From Octopus sinensis (lineage: Eukaryota): a stretch of 51,158 nt of DNA. Below are positions 10,611 through 21,229 of the stretch, one piece after another. The stretch covers positions 1 to 51,158 of the forward strand of contig NW_021834148.1 in assembly GCF_006345805.1 (NCBI RefSeq). Reading direction: 5' to 3'. Numbering within the stretch: position 1 is the stretch's first letter; the number at the start of each line of letters is the position of its first letter. A model generated the notes under the pieces. It was not told the origin of the DNA. It worked only from the letters and a program-made list of their open reading frames with translations, and did not search any database. The position numbers and the translations under genes were made by a program.

Positions 10611-11281
10611 TGGGCTGCAACCATGATTAGACCCAGGTGGTCCCATTTTTGGGCCCCTTATATTTTACTTCAGAAATTGGTCCATTACTCTGTCAATGTA
10701 CCATATTTTAACATGTATAAGGAATCCCCTAATTTTGGGGGGCTTAAAATTTGGGAAAAGGTTTTGTAAGGGATTATAATGCTATCCATGTATAAGAAAC
10801 TCCCATATTTTTTAACCTACTTTTTGACAAGAAAATGGACTGCAGCCATGATTAGACCCAGGTGGTCCCATTTTTGGGCCCCTTGTATTTTACTTCATAA
10901 ATTGGTCCATTACTGTCAATGTACCATATTTTAACATGTATAAGGAATCCCCTAATTTTGGAGGGCTTAAAATTTGGGAAAAAGGTTTTGTAAGGGATTA
11001 TAATGCTATCCATGTATAAGAAACTCCCATATTTTTTAACCTTATTTTTGACAAGAAAATGGACTGCAGCCATGATTAGACCCAGGTGGTCCCATTTTTG
11101 GGCCCCTTGTATTTTACTTTAGAAATTGGTTCATTACTCAATGTACTGTATTTTAACATGTATAAGGAATCTCCTAATTTTAGGGGGTTTAAAATTTGGG
11201 AAAAAGGTTTTGTAAGGGATTATAATGCTATCCATGTTTAAGAAACTCCCATATTTTTTAACCTAATTTTTGACAAGAAAA
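10611..11281. repeat. Tandem triplication of a 224-225-bp unit
   Basis: Unit starts TGG(G/A)CTGCA(A/G)CCATGATTAGACCCAGG at 10611, 10836 and 11060. Confidence 0.95.
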
Positions 11282-11656
11282 GGGTTCTTTGTACAAGTTA
11301 AAATACGGTAAATCCCTGCTAATTTGTAACGTTCCCTGTCTTTGACCATTGTTTTACTTGTTCAATATCGTTATTAACAATACCAGAATCACCACCACCG
11401 TCCAGTTAATAGCCTATGAAGCAGTGTTTCTTTTAGTTTGGTTAGATTTGGGGATCTGAGAGGATTATCTCTTTAATCCGACTATTTGTCTTTGTGAAAC
11501 AGGTTGAGAAGCTTTCTTCGCGATCATGTGGTCTTGGAGTTTGTTCCATGGTGCTGCACCTAGGGCCATATAATATTGGGGGTGGGGTCCACAGCAAAAT
11601 AGTAAATAGGGGATCCACAATAGTATTTTAAGAGCCCCCGAAAATATTTTGCTTTT

Positions 11657-11926
11657 TTGCCAGCTCTGTCTGGCCCCCGTGTCGGTGGCACGTAAAAGCA
11701 CCATCCGTTCGTGGCTGTTTACCAGCTCTGTCTGGCACCTGTGCGGGTGGCACATAAAAAGCACCCACTACACTCACAGAGTGGTTGGCGTTAGGAAGGG
11801 CATCCAGCCGTAGAAACACTGCCAGATCTGACTGGGCCTGACGAAGCCTTCCAGCTTCACAGACCCCAGTTGAACCGTCCAACCCATGCTAGCATGGAAA
11901 GCGGACGCTAAATGATGATGATGATG
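11657..11926 (+). mobile_element. RTE-tail short element family C
   Basis: Modules plus (GAT)n tail; flanked by fragments of a hAT-like MITE (TTGAGAACCCCTG ends). Confidence 0.8.
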
Positions 11927-13288
11927 AATGTATTGGTGTGAATTGCAAGAAAACAGCTGGGTTTCTTTAACATTTTACATAGTTCAACTGCAAAATAGGA
12001 ATTTTGAAAGAAGTTTCTATGAAACTAGTTTTTAAACATCGAATGGGGGTCCACCAGAATAAAATAGTAATCAAAGGGGTCCATTGATAAGAAATGGTTG
12101 AGAACCCCTGCTTTAGATGTATGTATTGGTTATGTATTGCAAGAAACAGCTGGGTTTCTTTCTCTAACATTTTACATTGTTCAACCTACACAAGTTAATG
12201 TGTGGAAAACAAAATAGGAATTTTGAAAGATTTTTCTAGGAAACTAGTTTTTAAACATCGAATGGCTGTGGGGGTCCACCAGAATAAAAGAGTAATCAAA
12301 AGGGTCCATAAATAGAAATGGTTGAGAACCCCTGGGTTAAATGGTGAAAGAGGCAGGAATTTGTGATTGGAATGAAGTGTAACTAGTGAGGGAGGTGATT
12401 GGTGTGAGCTCTTTAGGGAGAAAGATGGTTGGTGTGAGAGGTGGCATAAATATGAAGGGTTATTTTTCGTGGGGTGACTTTGTTGCTGTGAGAGATGGCA
12501 TGAGGCACAAGGGAGAGAGATAGTTGATGTAGGGTGCAGCGTACTTTGAGATTGATTGGGGAGAGGTAGTTGGCATAAGAGGCAGCATAAGGTATGAGAC
12601 ACTAAGTGTGAAACGGCAGCATGGGGTATGGTTTTTTCTCTTTTTTTGGAGGGTTCAAGAGTAATGTGGTGGTAGGGAGGTGGGTGATATGAAGGGTAGC
12701 ATATCGTATAAGCTTTTTAGGGAGAGAGAGAGTTTCTGCGAGACATGGTCAGTGGAAAACCTGGCACTATAGTTTATATTAACCATTTACTTCCAGCTTT
12801 GGCAATCTGATAAGCACTTTACTCCCTTAACCCTTTAGCATTTAAACCGGCCATATCCGGCCAAAAATCTTCTACCTGTTTTATGTTCAAACTGGTCAGA
12901 TCTGGTCTCTCACACCAACCCTACAATATTGTTTTAAAAATTAACAGCTACCTCATCAAAATCTCATAACTACAAGATGACCCAATAGGCTGGTGGCAGT
13001 GGTGTGGAGGATATTCTCGACCACTGAAAATCTTAGCATCCACAACCATCTGGCTATTCTCATTTCCTGGAGTAAAGAAAGTTTTTTTTTTTAAATATTT
13101 GACCAGTGTTCACCGGTTATGAGAGTGTTCAATATCTATCACTATATCACTATGTATTGTTAGATAAATTAATAAATATAAAGGATCAAATCACATTAAC
13201 ATCATGAAATTATAGTTTACGTATTTACTAGCATCTTGTATTCTTTTGTTTGTTATTTGACTGTGGCCATGCTGGAGCACTGCCTTAA

Positions 13289-13510
13289 CCCTTTAGCATT
13301 TAAACCGGCCATATCCGGCCAAAAGTATTCTGCTTGTTTTATGTTCAAACTGGCCGGATCTGGTCTCTCACACCAACCCTACAATGTTGTTTTAAAAATT
13401 AACAGCTACCTCATCAAAATCTCAAAGCTACAAGATTAATGAATGATTAGTTCAAAACAATGTGGATGAAAAAGGATTAATTTTGGTAGAATAGTGCGAA
13501 TACTACAGGG
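13289..13510. mobile_element. TTAA MITE family D
   Basis: TTAA at 13285-13288 and 13511-13514; same body as 29095-29315. Confidence 0.85.
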
Positions 13511-13689
13511 TTAAAATAAGACTCTCACATTCACAGTATCCCACCCCCTTTCTCACCAACATTTTTATAATTTGTTTTTTAAAAACATCCTCCATTCTTG
13601 CCCTTGTGGCATAAATATTGTTTTTGTTATTTAGTTGTGATTGTGTATGTATTATATTCTATTTTCTGTCTTTTTCTTCTTCTTCACAG

Positions 13690-13737
13690 ATGGAGGGCAT
13701 CTACACAAAATGAACCATGGGGTTTGCCCACTCCAAG
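13690..13737 (+). CDS. ATXN2: Ataxin-2 candidate exon 2 (48-nt micro-exon, (R)WRASTQNEPWGLPTP(R))
   Basis: Long pyrimidine tract + cacag acceptor, AAG|gtattt donor, open in the phase 2-2 frame; no homology support. Confidence 0.5.
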
Positions 13738-13779
13738 GTATTTATCCAAAACATTTGATTTTATATTTACTATTACTCT

Positions 13780-14348
13780 TTTACTCTTTTACTTGTTTCT
13801 GTCATTTGACTGCGGCCATGCTGGAGCACCGCCTTTAGTCGAGCAAATCGACCCGGGGACTTATTCTTTTGTAAGCCCAGTACTTATTCTATCGGTCTCT
13901 TTTGCCGAACCGCTAAGTGACAGGGACGTAAACACACCAGCATCGGTTGTCAAGCAATGCTAGGGGGACAAACACACACACATACACATATATATACATA
14001 TATACGACTGGCTTCTTTCAGTTTCCATCTACCAAATCCACTCACAAGGCTTTGGTCGGCCCGGGGCTATAGCAGAAGACACTTCCCCAAGATGCCACGC
14101 AGTGGGACTGAACCCGGAACCATGTGGTTGGTTAGCAAGCTACTTACCACACAGCCACTCCTGCGCCTATATATACATATATACGACGGGCTTCTTTCAG
14201 TTTCCGTCTACCAAATCCACTCACAAGGCTTTGGTCAGCCCGGGGCTATAGCGGAAGACACTTGCCCAAGATGCCACGCAGTGGGACTGAACCCGGAACC
14301 ATGTGGTTGGTTAGCAAGCTACTTACCACACAGCCACTCCTGCGCCTA
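13780..14348 (-). mobile_element. SINE family A, one full copy plus a duplicated 5' part
   Basis: Antisense copies 13780-14168 and 14180-14348. Confidence 0.85.
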
Positions 14349-14430
14349 TTGTGCGCATCTCTTGCAAATCTTCCCAGTTAATTTGTTCTTGCATGTGGCC
14401 ATCCACTACTATGGTATGTGCTAGTGTGTG

Positions 14431-14461
<31 letters not shown>

Positions 14462-14703
14462 AGGAATTGCATCAAGCCATAGAAACTAAGCTGTAGCTGA
14501 CAGTAGAGCTTGGTGCAGTCTTCTGACTCACCAGCTCCCGTCAAGCTGTCCAACCCATGCCGGCATGGAAGGCAGGCCTTAAATGATGAGTGTGTGTAGT
14601 TTTGTTTTGAACTGTGCTTAATGAGTGTTTATAACGCACTTTTATTTTTTACCATTCATTACATTGAGAATGTGTGTGTATGTGTAAGAGTATGTGTGTA
14701 TGC

Positions 14704-14741
<38 letters not shown>

Positions 14742-14762
14742 ATGTATGTATATATCTATGTA

Positions 14763-14950
14763 TGCAGGAACGTTAGCGCGCCAGCCGAAATGCTTTGCGG
14801 TATTTCGTCTGTCGTTATGTTCTGAGTTCAATTTCCGCCGAGGTCGACTTTGCCTTTCATCCTTTCGGGGTCGATATAATCGACTTAATCCCTTTATCTG
14901 TCCTTGTTTGTCCCCTCTATGTTAAGCCCCTTGTGGGTAGTAAAGAAATA
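14763..14950 (+). mobile_element. SINE family B
   Basis: B-box GAGTTCAATTTCC, Meta-like core, GTAAAGAAATA end. Confidence 0.8.
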
Positions 14951-16265
14951 TATATGTATGTATATATATATATATATACGTACATACATACACACACACA
15001 CACCATAGTAAACATCATGATTAGCTATTGCTTCTGTGTTCATATAGAAGACCTGATTCCTTTGTCCGGTCTACACGTATGCAGACGTGCAGTGCATAGT
15101 GGTTTTCCATTTGAAGCCGTTCACAGCATAGAAGAAATTCTACATTGTGGACCGTTACACCAGATGTTATAAATATAAATATAAAAAAACAAAATGGTTT
15201 GTTTACTGAACACTCGTTACTAATGTTTGTTAAGATTAATTAGCCAGAACTTGTCTTTGACAAGGTGCAGGGTTTCCCCTTGTATTATTTATTGGATTTT
15301 TAACAATCTATATTGTTTTGGTCAATATTTTATGTCAACACTGTGATTAGTTAAATATTTTCAATCTCCAGATACGACGGGGGTGTTTTATTTGGAGATG
15401 TGTTCACAATACCTGACTAGATTTGCATTAGAGACCTTTGTTTCTCACCTAATTCTGAGTAATGGTGTCCTTATCTATTAATAGCAGCTCCCTCCTACCC
15501 TTATATTAGTCCTTTTTGCCCGTCTTCTATTTTTAACCCTTTTCATACCATATTTCTGTTTGAATAAACTGCCTTTCTTTCAATTTATTATATTAATTTA
15601 TTATCATCATCATCATCATCATTATTATTATTATTATTAAGGCAGCGAGCTGGCAGAATCGTTAGCATGCTGGAGAAAATGCTTAGCGGTATTTCGCCTA
15701 TTGTTACGTTCTGAGTTCGAATCCTGCTGAAGTCAACTCTGCTTTTTATCCTTTTGGGGTCAATAAATTAAGTACCAGTGAAACACTGGGGTCAATGTAA
15801 TCAACTAGTCCCCACCCTCAAAATGTCGGACCTTGTTCCTTTAGAAAAGATTATTATTATTATTTATTATTATTATTTATAATTTATTATTATTATTTAT
15901 TATTATCATTATTATTATTATAGCAAGCTGGCAGAATTGTTAGTATACTAAGCAAAATGTTTAGCAGAATTTTGTGTCTTTATGTTCTGAGTTCAAATTC
16001 CAGCAAGGTTGACGACTTTGCCTGTCATCCTTTCAGAGTCAATAAATTAAGAACCAGTGGAGCACTGGGGTCAATGTAATAAATTACAATAATACTAATT
16101 AAAATATTTATACAGATTTTTCCTTTCCTAAAGTGTGAATACTTTTTTTTTTTGTACTCCATATACAATATGTCTGTATGTATCAAGAGGTGTCAGTGCT
16201 GTCAGCAAGTTGATTATGGGGGATCTTCAGTTGACTCAGTTTTTTTCTGACATTCTTACACATTC

Positions 16266-16673
16266 ACTCTTTTACTCTTTTACTTGTTTCAGTCATTTGA
16301 CTGCGGCCGTGCTGGAGCACCGCCTTTAGTCGAGCAACTCGACCCCGGGACTTATTCTTTGTAAGCCCAGTACTTATTCTATCGGTCTCTTTTGCCGAAC
16401 CGCTAAGTAATGGGGACATAAACACACCAGCATCGGTTGTCAAGCAATGCTGGGGGGACAGACACACAAACATACACATACACACACATATATATATATA
16501 CATATATACGACAGGCTTCTTTCAGTTTCCGTCTAACAAATCCACTCACAAGGCATTGGTCGGCCCGGGGCTATAGCAGAAGACACTTGCCCAAGATGCC
16601 ACGCAGTGGGACTGAACCCTGAACCATGTGGTTGGTTAGCAAGCTACTTAGCACACAGCCACTCCTGCGCCTA
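16266..16673 (-). mobile_element. SINE family A, full length
   Basis: Antisense copy ending ...CCTGCGCCTA. Confidence 0.9.
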
Positions 16674-16704
16674 TGATGTTACCAAAGTAATTTGTTTTGG
16701 ATCT

Positions 16705-17060
16705 TTCTCTCGAGCATTTGCCGTTTATTTCTGCAACGGCGCTTGCGGTGGTTTGGCCATGCATGTAGGCGTCCAGTGGGTGAACTGAGCCACGATGTCC
16801 TTCTCCCAACTCCACTTCCCAACTGGCAGAAACGCGCGGGCGGGCGGCTGAAGACCTGGGCTACGATGGTCAAGGAGGACCTCTCTGTGCTCACGGGTCC
16901 ACAGGTGGTGGGCCTGCGCCGATGGAACCATGACTGGCTCGCTATCTCAAGTGAACTGGCGCAGGACCGTCGTGCGTGGGTTGCCATGGTTTGAGACGCC
17001 TCGAGGGTGGTAGAAGCCGACTCAACCCGCCCAGGGTGAATGTCGCCACAAGTACAAGTA
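16705..17060 (+). mobile_element. 5'-truncated RTE-clade LINE 3' end with (CAAGTA)n tail
   Basis: QRRLRWFGHACRR...GGRLKTW...ELAQDRRAW is the RTE ORF C-terminal motif. Confidence 0.85.
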
Positions 17061-17191
17061 TTTATCTTTCCTTCTAGTAATAGTTTTTGCATACCTTGTG
17101 CTCTTACTATGCAACCAAAGTGTATTTGCCAGTCAAAGCACTTCTTCATTTTCTGTTTAGTCAAAGAGACAAATCTGTGTATAAACACACA

Positions 17192-17222
<31 letters not shown>

Positions 17223-17754
17223 CATACATGCTATGGGCTTCAGTACAGTTTCTGTCTACCACTTCCACTCAGAAGATGGTGTATTGTGGCCAATTCAGAA
17301 AGACAACAAGTTTCAATACATGACCAATGCTTTGTTTCATTGACCCTGGCAGGTTTTGAACTCAGAACACAATTTAGCCAAATTACTTTTTAATCAAAAC
17401 ACTAATTAGACGTAAGTATATTAAATTTTTAAAAAAACTTATTTGATGCATGGTGTAGATGTTAATTAGTCACATGTTTTTGGGTGGCTGTTGTTTTTTT
17501 AATTATGAAAAGATAGATTGTTTATTAAATGTCTAAAAATATCTTTAGTTGAATTTGTTAATTAGATTACAACCATTTTCTCTAATTAAACTCCTACCAT
17601 CTGTAGGAATGAAACCATTGAATCCATCAAAACATTTAATGTAGATATGTTATATTATGATCAGTTATCTGATTCCAGGATGGCATTTGAGCTATATTTG
17701 TTGAGGTTTAGCCCCCTTGTGGGCAGTAAAGAAGTAAGAGAGATATCTTTCTTT

Positions 17755-17953
17755 CTTTTCTTTTACTTGTTTCAGTCATTTGACTGCGGCCATGCTGGAG
17801 CACCACCTTTAATTGAGCAACTCAACCCTGGGACTTATTCTTTGTAAGCCCAGTACTTATTCTATCGGTCTCTTTTGCCGAACCGCTAAGTGACAGGGAC
17901 GTAAACACACCAGCATCGGTGGTCAAGCAATGCTAGAGGGACAAACACACCCG

Positions 17954-18005
<52 letters not shown>

Positions 18006-18168
18006 ACGGGCTTCTTTCAGTTTCCGTCTACCAAATCCACTCACAAGGCTTTGGTCGGCCCAAGGCTATAGTAGAAGACACTTGCCCAAGGTGCCACGCA
18101 GTGGGACTGAACCTGGAACCATGTGGTTGGTAAGCAAGCTACTTACCACACAGCCACTCCTGCGCCTA
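17755..18168 (-). mobile_element. SINE family A, full length
   Basis: Antisense copy. Confidence 0.9.
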
Positions 18169-18662
18169 TATGCTAATATTTTTTTGTATTTGGTTTAAGA
18201 ACCTGAGACTAGTGCCAATGTCAAGGGTCCATCCCCTGTAGCCAGATCAAGTGGAGACTTATGTACAACCAACATAGATAGATATGTTGGCTGAGGCTTT
18301 GACCTAGTGGAAGTAGATCGTTGACAGCTGAATGGAACATTGTACCATCTTGAGTGGTGTTTTGCATTGAGGTGACCTTTTGACATTTGACCGAGCCATT
18401 GACAAACTGAGATATGTTCCAGGAATGTCAGTCTATCTCACTGGCTATGTATAAACTATAGGTGTTTATAGAGCAGCTGGTGAACAGGGGTGGAAGCTGT
18501 GAGAACCAGAAAGTATGTGGTGAGGAAGCAATGGCCTCGACAGCACAGTCACACCTGCACCTTAAATATTGCATCCTTGGGTGGACTCAAGCCACCACAT
18601 GCGCACGTGCGCGCGCACACGCAAACATACATGCATAAGTGTGTATGGTCTAGTGGTTAGGG

Positions 18663-19287
18663 CAGTGGTTTTCAACCAGGGTTCCGCAAGAAGTTACAAA
18701 ACTGCTAAATTCGGCAGTAATTTTTACTTCTCCTGTGCAGATATGTGTGCATAAGACTATTAAATTATTGCACACGGGTTCCTCGAGCCAGTGGAATGTT
18801 TCCTTGGGGTTCCGCTCCAGCAAAAAGTTTGAAAAGCACTGATATAGGGGATTCACAAAATCAACATTGATACAGGTATACTGCTGTGAACACAAATGGG
18901 TAGGGCTAAAAAGAGATCAAACTGTCCAGGCAGTGCAACAGGAAACTAGGGATACCTGACTGGCTGAATATATAGGGCAGTGGTTTTCAACCAGGGTTCC
19001 ACGGAACCTTAGGTTTCCGCCAGTACAGTTCAGGGGTTCCGCAAGAAGTTAGAAAACTGCTAAAATCGGCAGTGGTTTTCAACCGGGGTTCCACGGAACC
19101 TTAGGGTTCCGCCAGTACAGTTCAGGGGTTCCGCAAGAAGTTACAAAACTGCTAAAATCGGCAGTAATTTTTAATTCTCCTGTGCAGATATGTGTGCATA
19201 AGACTATTAAATTATTACACAGGGGTTCCTTGAGCCAGTGGAATGTTTCCTTGGGGTTCCGCTCCAGCAAAAGGTTGAAAAGCACTG
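18663..19287 (+). mobile_element. Composite hAT (Buster-like) insertion: MITE E1 (18663-18841) + 136-bp captured DNA + MITE E2 (18978-19287)
   Basis: TIRs CAGTGGTTTTCAA/TTGAAAAGCACTG. The 8-bp TSD GGTTAGGG flanks the whole unit (18655-18662, 19288-19295), which interrupts the tRNA head of a SINE. Confidence 0.85.
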
Positions 19288-19908
19288 GGTTAGGGTTTCA
19301 CACTAACAATCACGAGATCGTTGTTTCAATTCCCAGACCGGGTGGTGCATTGTGCACTTGAGCAAAAACACTTCATCTCACATGACCCTATGCAATCACT
19401 TTGACACCTGATGCATGACACACCATGCACCTGTTCAGACCATGTCGATTTGATGGAGGGAATGAGATAATGTGCAGCGCATGCATTCGATCACCATAAA
19501 CAAATCATTTGTGCAGGTCATTCGACAATTCTGAACAGTCAGAGGTGCAGTTCACCCACTGGACCTTAGGCGCAGGAGTGGCTGTGTGGTAAGTAGCTTG
19601 TCTACCAACCACCAACGCTTACACCAACCTGCACCAACCTATAATTAATTACTACCTCATCTATTTACTCGCCAAATATGTTCCTCAACAACTCCAATGC
19701 CAACGTCAGCCACATTCATTTACCATTCACAACAGTTGTATCTTTGTTAGAGACTCTTGTAGCCAATATCACCACTCAACCATAACGACAACAACAACAT
19801 GAACCAAGCCAGCCAGAAGGCCTCTGTCTTTCTATGATACTGTTTAACTTGTTAGAAATAGCAGCCAATACCCCTTTCATTTCATGCTCTACCTACATAT
19901 ATATATAT

Positions 19909-20460
19909 ATCATCATCATCATCGTTTAACGTCCGTTTTCCGCGCTAACACGGGTTGGACGGTTCGACCGGGGTCTGGGAAGCCAGGGGCTGCACCAGGC
20001 TCCAGTCTGATCTGGCAGTGTTTCTACAGCTGGATGCCCTTCCTAACACCAACCACTCCGCGAGTGTAATGGGTGCTTTTTACGTGACACCGGCACAGGT
20101 GCCAGAGGGGTCTGGCAATGACCACGATCGGTTGGTACTTTTAACGTGCCACCGGCATGGAAGCCAGTCAAGGCATATATATATATATATATCATCATCA
20201 TCATCATCGTTTAACGTCCGTTCTCCATGCTAGCATGGGTTGGACGGTTCGACCGGGGATCTGGGAAGCCTGAAGGCTGCACCAGGCTCCAGTCTTATTT
20301 GGCAACGTTTCTACAGCTGGATGCCCTTCCTAACGCCAACCACTCCAAGAGTGTAGTGGGTGCTTTTTACATGCCACCGGCACAGGTGCCAGGGAAGTCT
20401 GGCATCGGCCACGATCGGTTGGTACTTTTAACGTGCCACCGGCATGGAAGCCAGTCAAGG
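19909..20460 (-). mobile_element. Two tandem family C elements
   Basis: Two (CAT)n-headed antisense copies, each followed by GGAAGCCAGTCAAGGCATAT. Confidence 0.85.
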
Positions 20461-20705
20461 CATATACATATATATATATCCACTGGCAGTGTCCCAGCAT
20501 GGCCACAGTCTTTGAGTTGAAACAATATATATATATATATATATGGTATGTGATGTGTGTAAATATGACTAAAAAACTAAATTCAGCTGAGATTATCCAA
20601 GCAATGAGTAAACAAAACTCCCTCTTGTATTTGGAACTCTAGAGGAATAGAATCAGTTGACTGAAATTTTATTAGCAATGTCTCTTTGTTCTCCCACAGA
20701 TGATA

Positions 20706-21212
20706 TCTATCTATATATATAAAACTGTAGTTGTGTGAGTGTCTGTCCCCTTCGATTTAGATTCCTAACTACTCCCACATTTTGCGGTGCAGTTTAACCA
20801 AATTCGGGTATCTTATAGTCGTGATTCATATCAAGCCCGTCTGGCTATTAGCGCGCGTCTACGATTTTAAAAATAATTTAACATCATTTTTTTATTCCAT
20901 TTTAATGCATAATTTTTCGTGTGTCGATGGCGGCGGAGTTGGCGTCCATGGTCACACCTGCACCTGTTTGCTTCTCCCCCTTCTTCCCTCCCTCGTGAAG
21001 CTGTGGGGAAGGGAGTGTAAGGAAATCAACGTCGTAAAGCGTTGTCAAGGAGACCAGCGTTCTTTTAGAACAACGACTTCATGGCTTGAAGACACCAAAA
21101 CAGAAATGGCTAAGAAAGCCCGAATTGGCATCTATAAGGGAAGTAACTCTCTAAAAATGCTTATATAGTTATTTCCCTTACAAACCCGAGCAACGCCGGG
21201 CGATACTGCTAG
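20706..21212 (+). mobile_element. Non-autonomous Helitron (family H1)
   Basis: A|TCTATCTATATATATAAA start, CCCGAGCAACGCCGGG hairpin, CTAG|T end. Confidence 0.8.
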
Positions 21213-21229
21213 TATTTAAATATATATAT

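Noticed and set aside
12335-12760. G-rich strand-biased segment and its 135-aa minus-strand ORF (similar tracts near 19600-19880, 46950-47320, 50920-51158)
   Set aside because: Low-complexity and probably decayed TE, but I recognise no motif, so it is left unannotated
13957-14424. Recurrent ORFs such as MLGGQTHTH...RHFPKMPRSGTEPGTMW and MDGSTG...LDALPNANHS
   Set aside because: Chance frames in SINE family A and family C copies, disrupted differently in each copy
20670-20705. Strong-looking acceptor (ctctttgttctcccacag) just before a Helitron
   Set aside because: No matching donor or open frame found downstream
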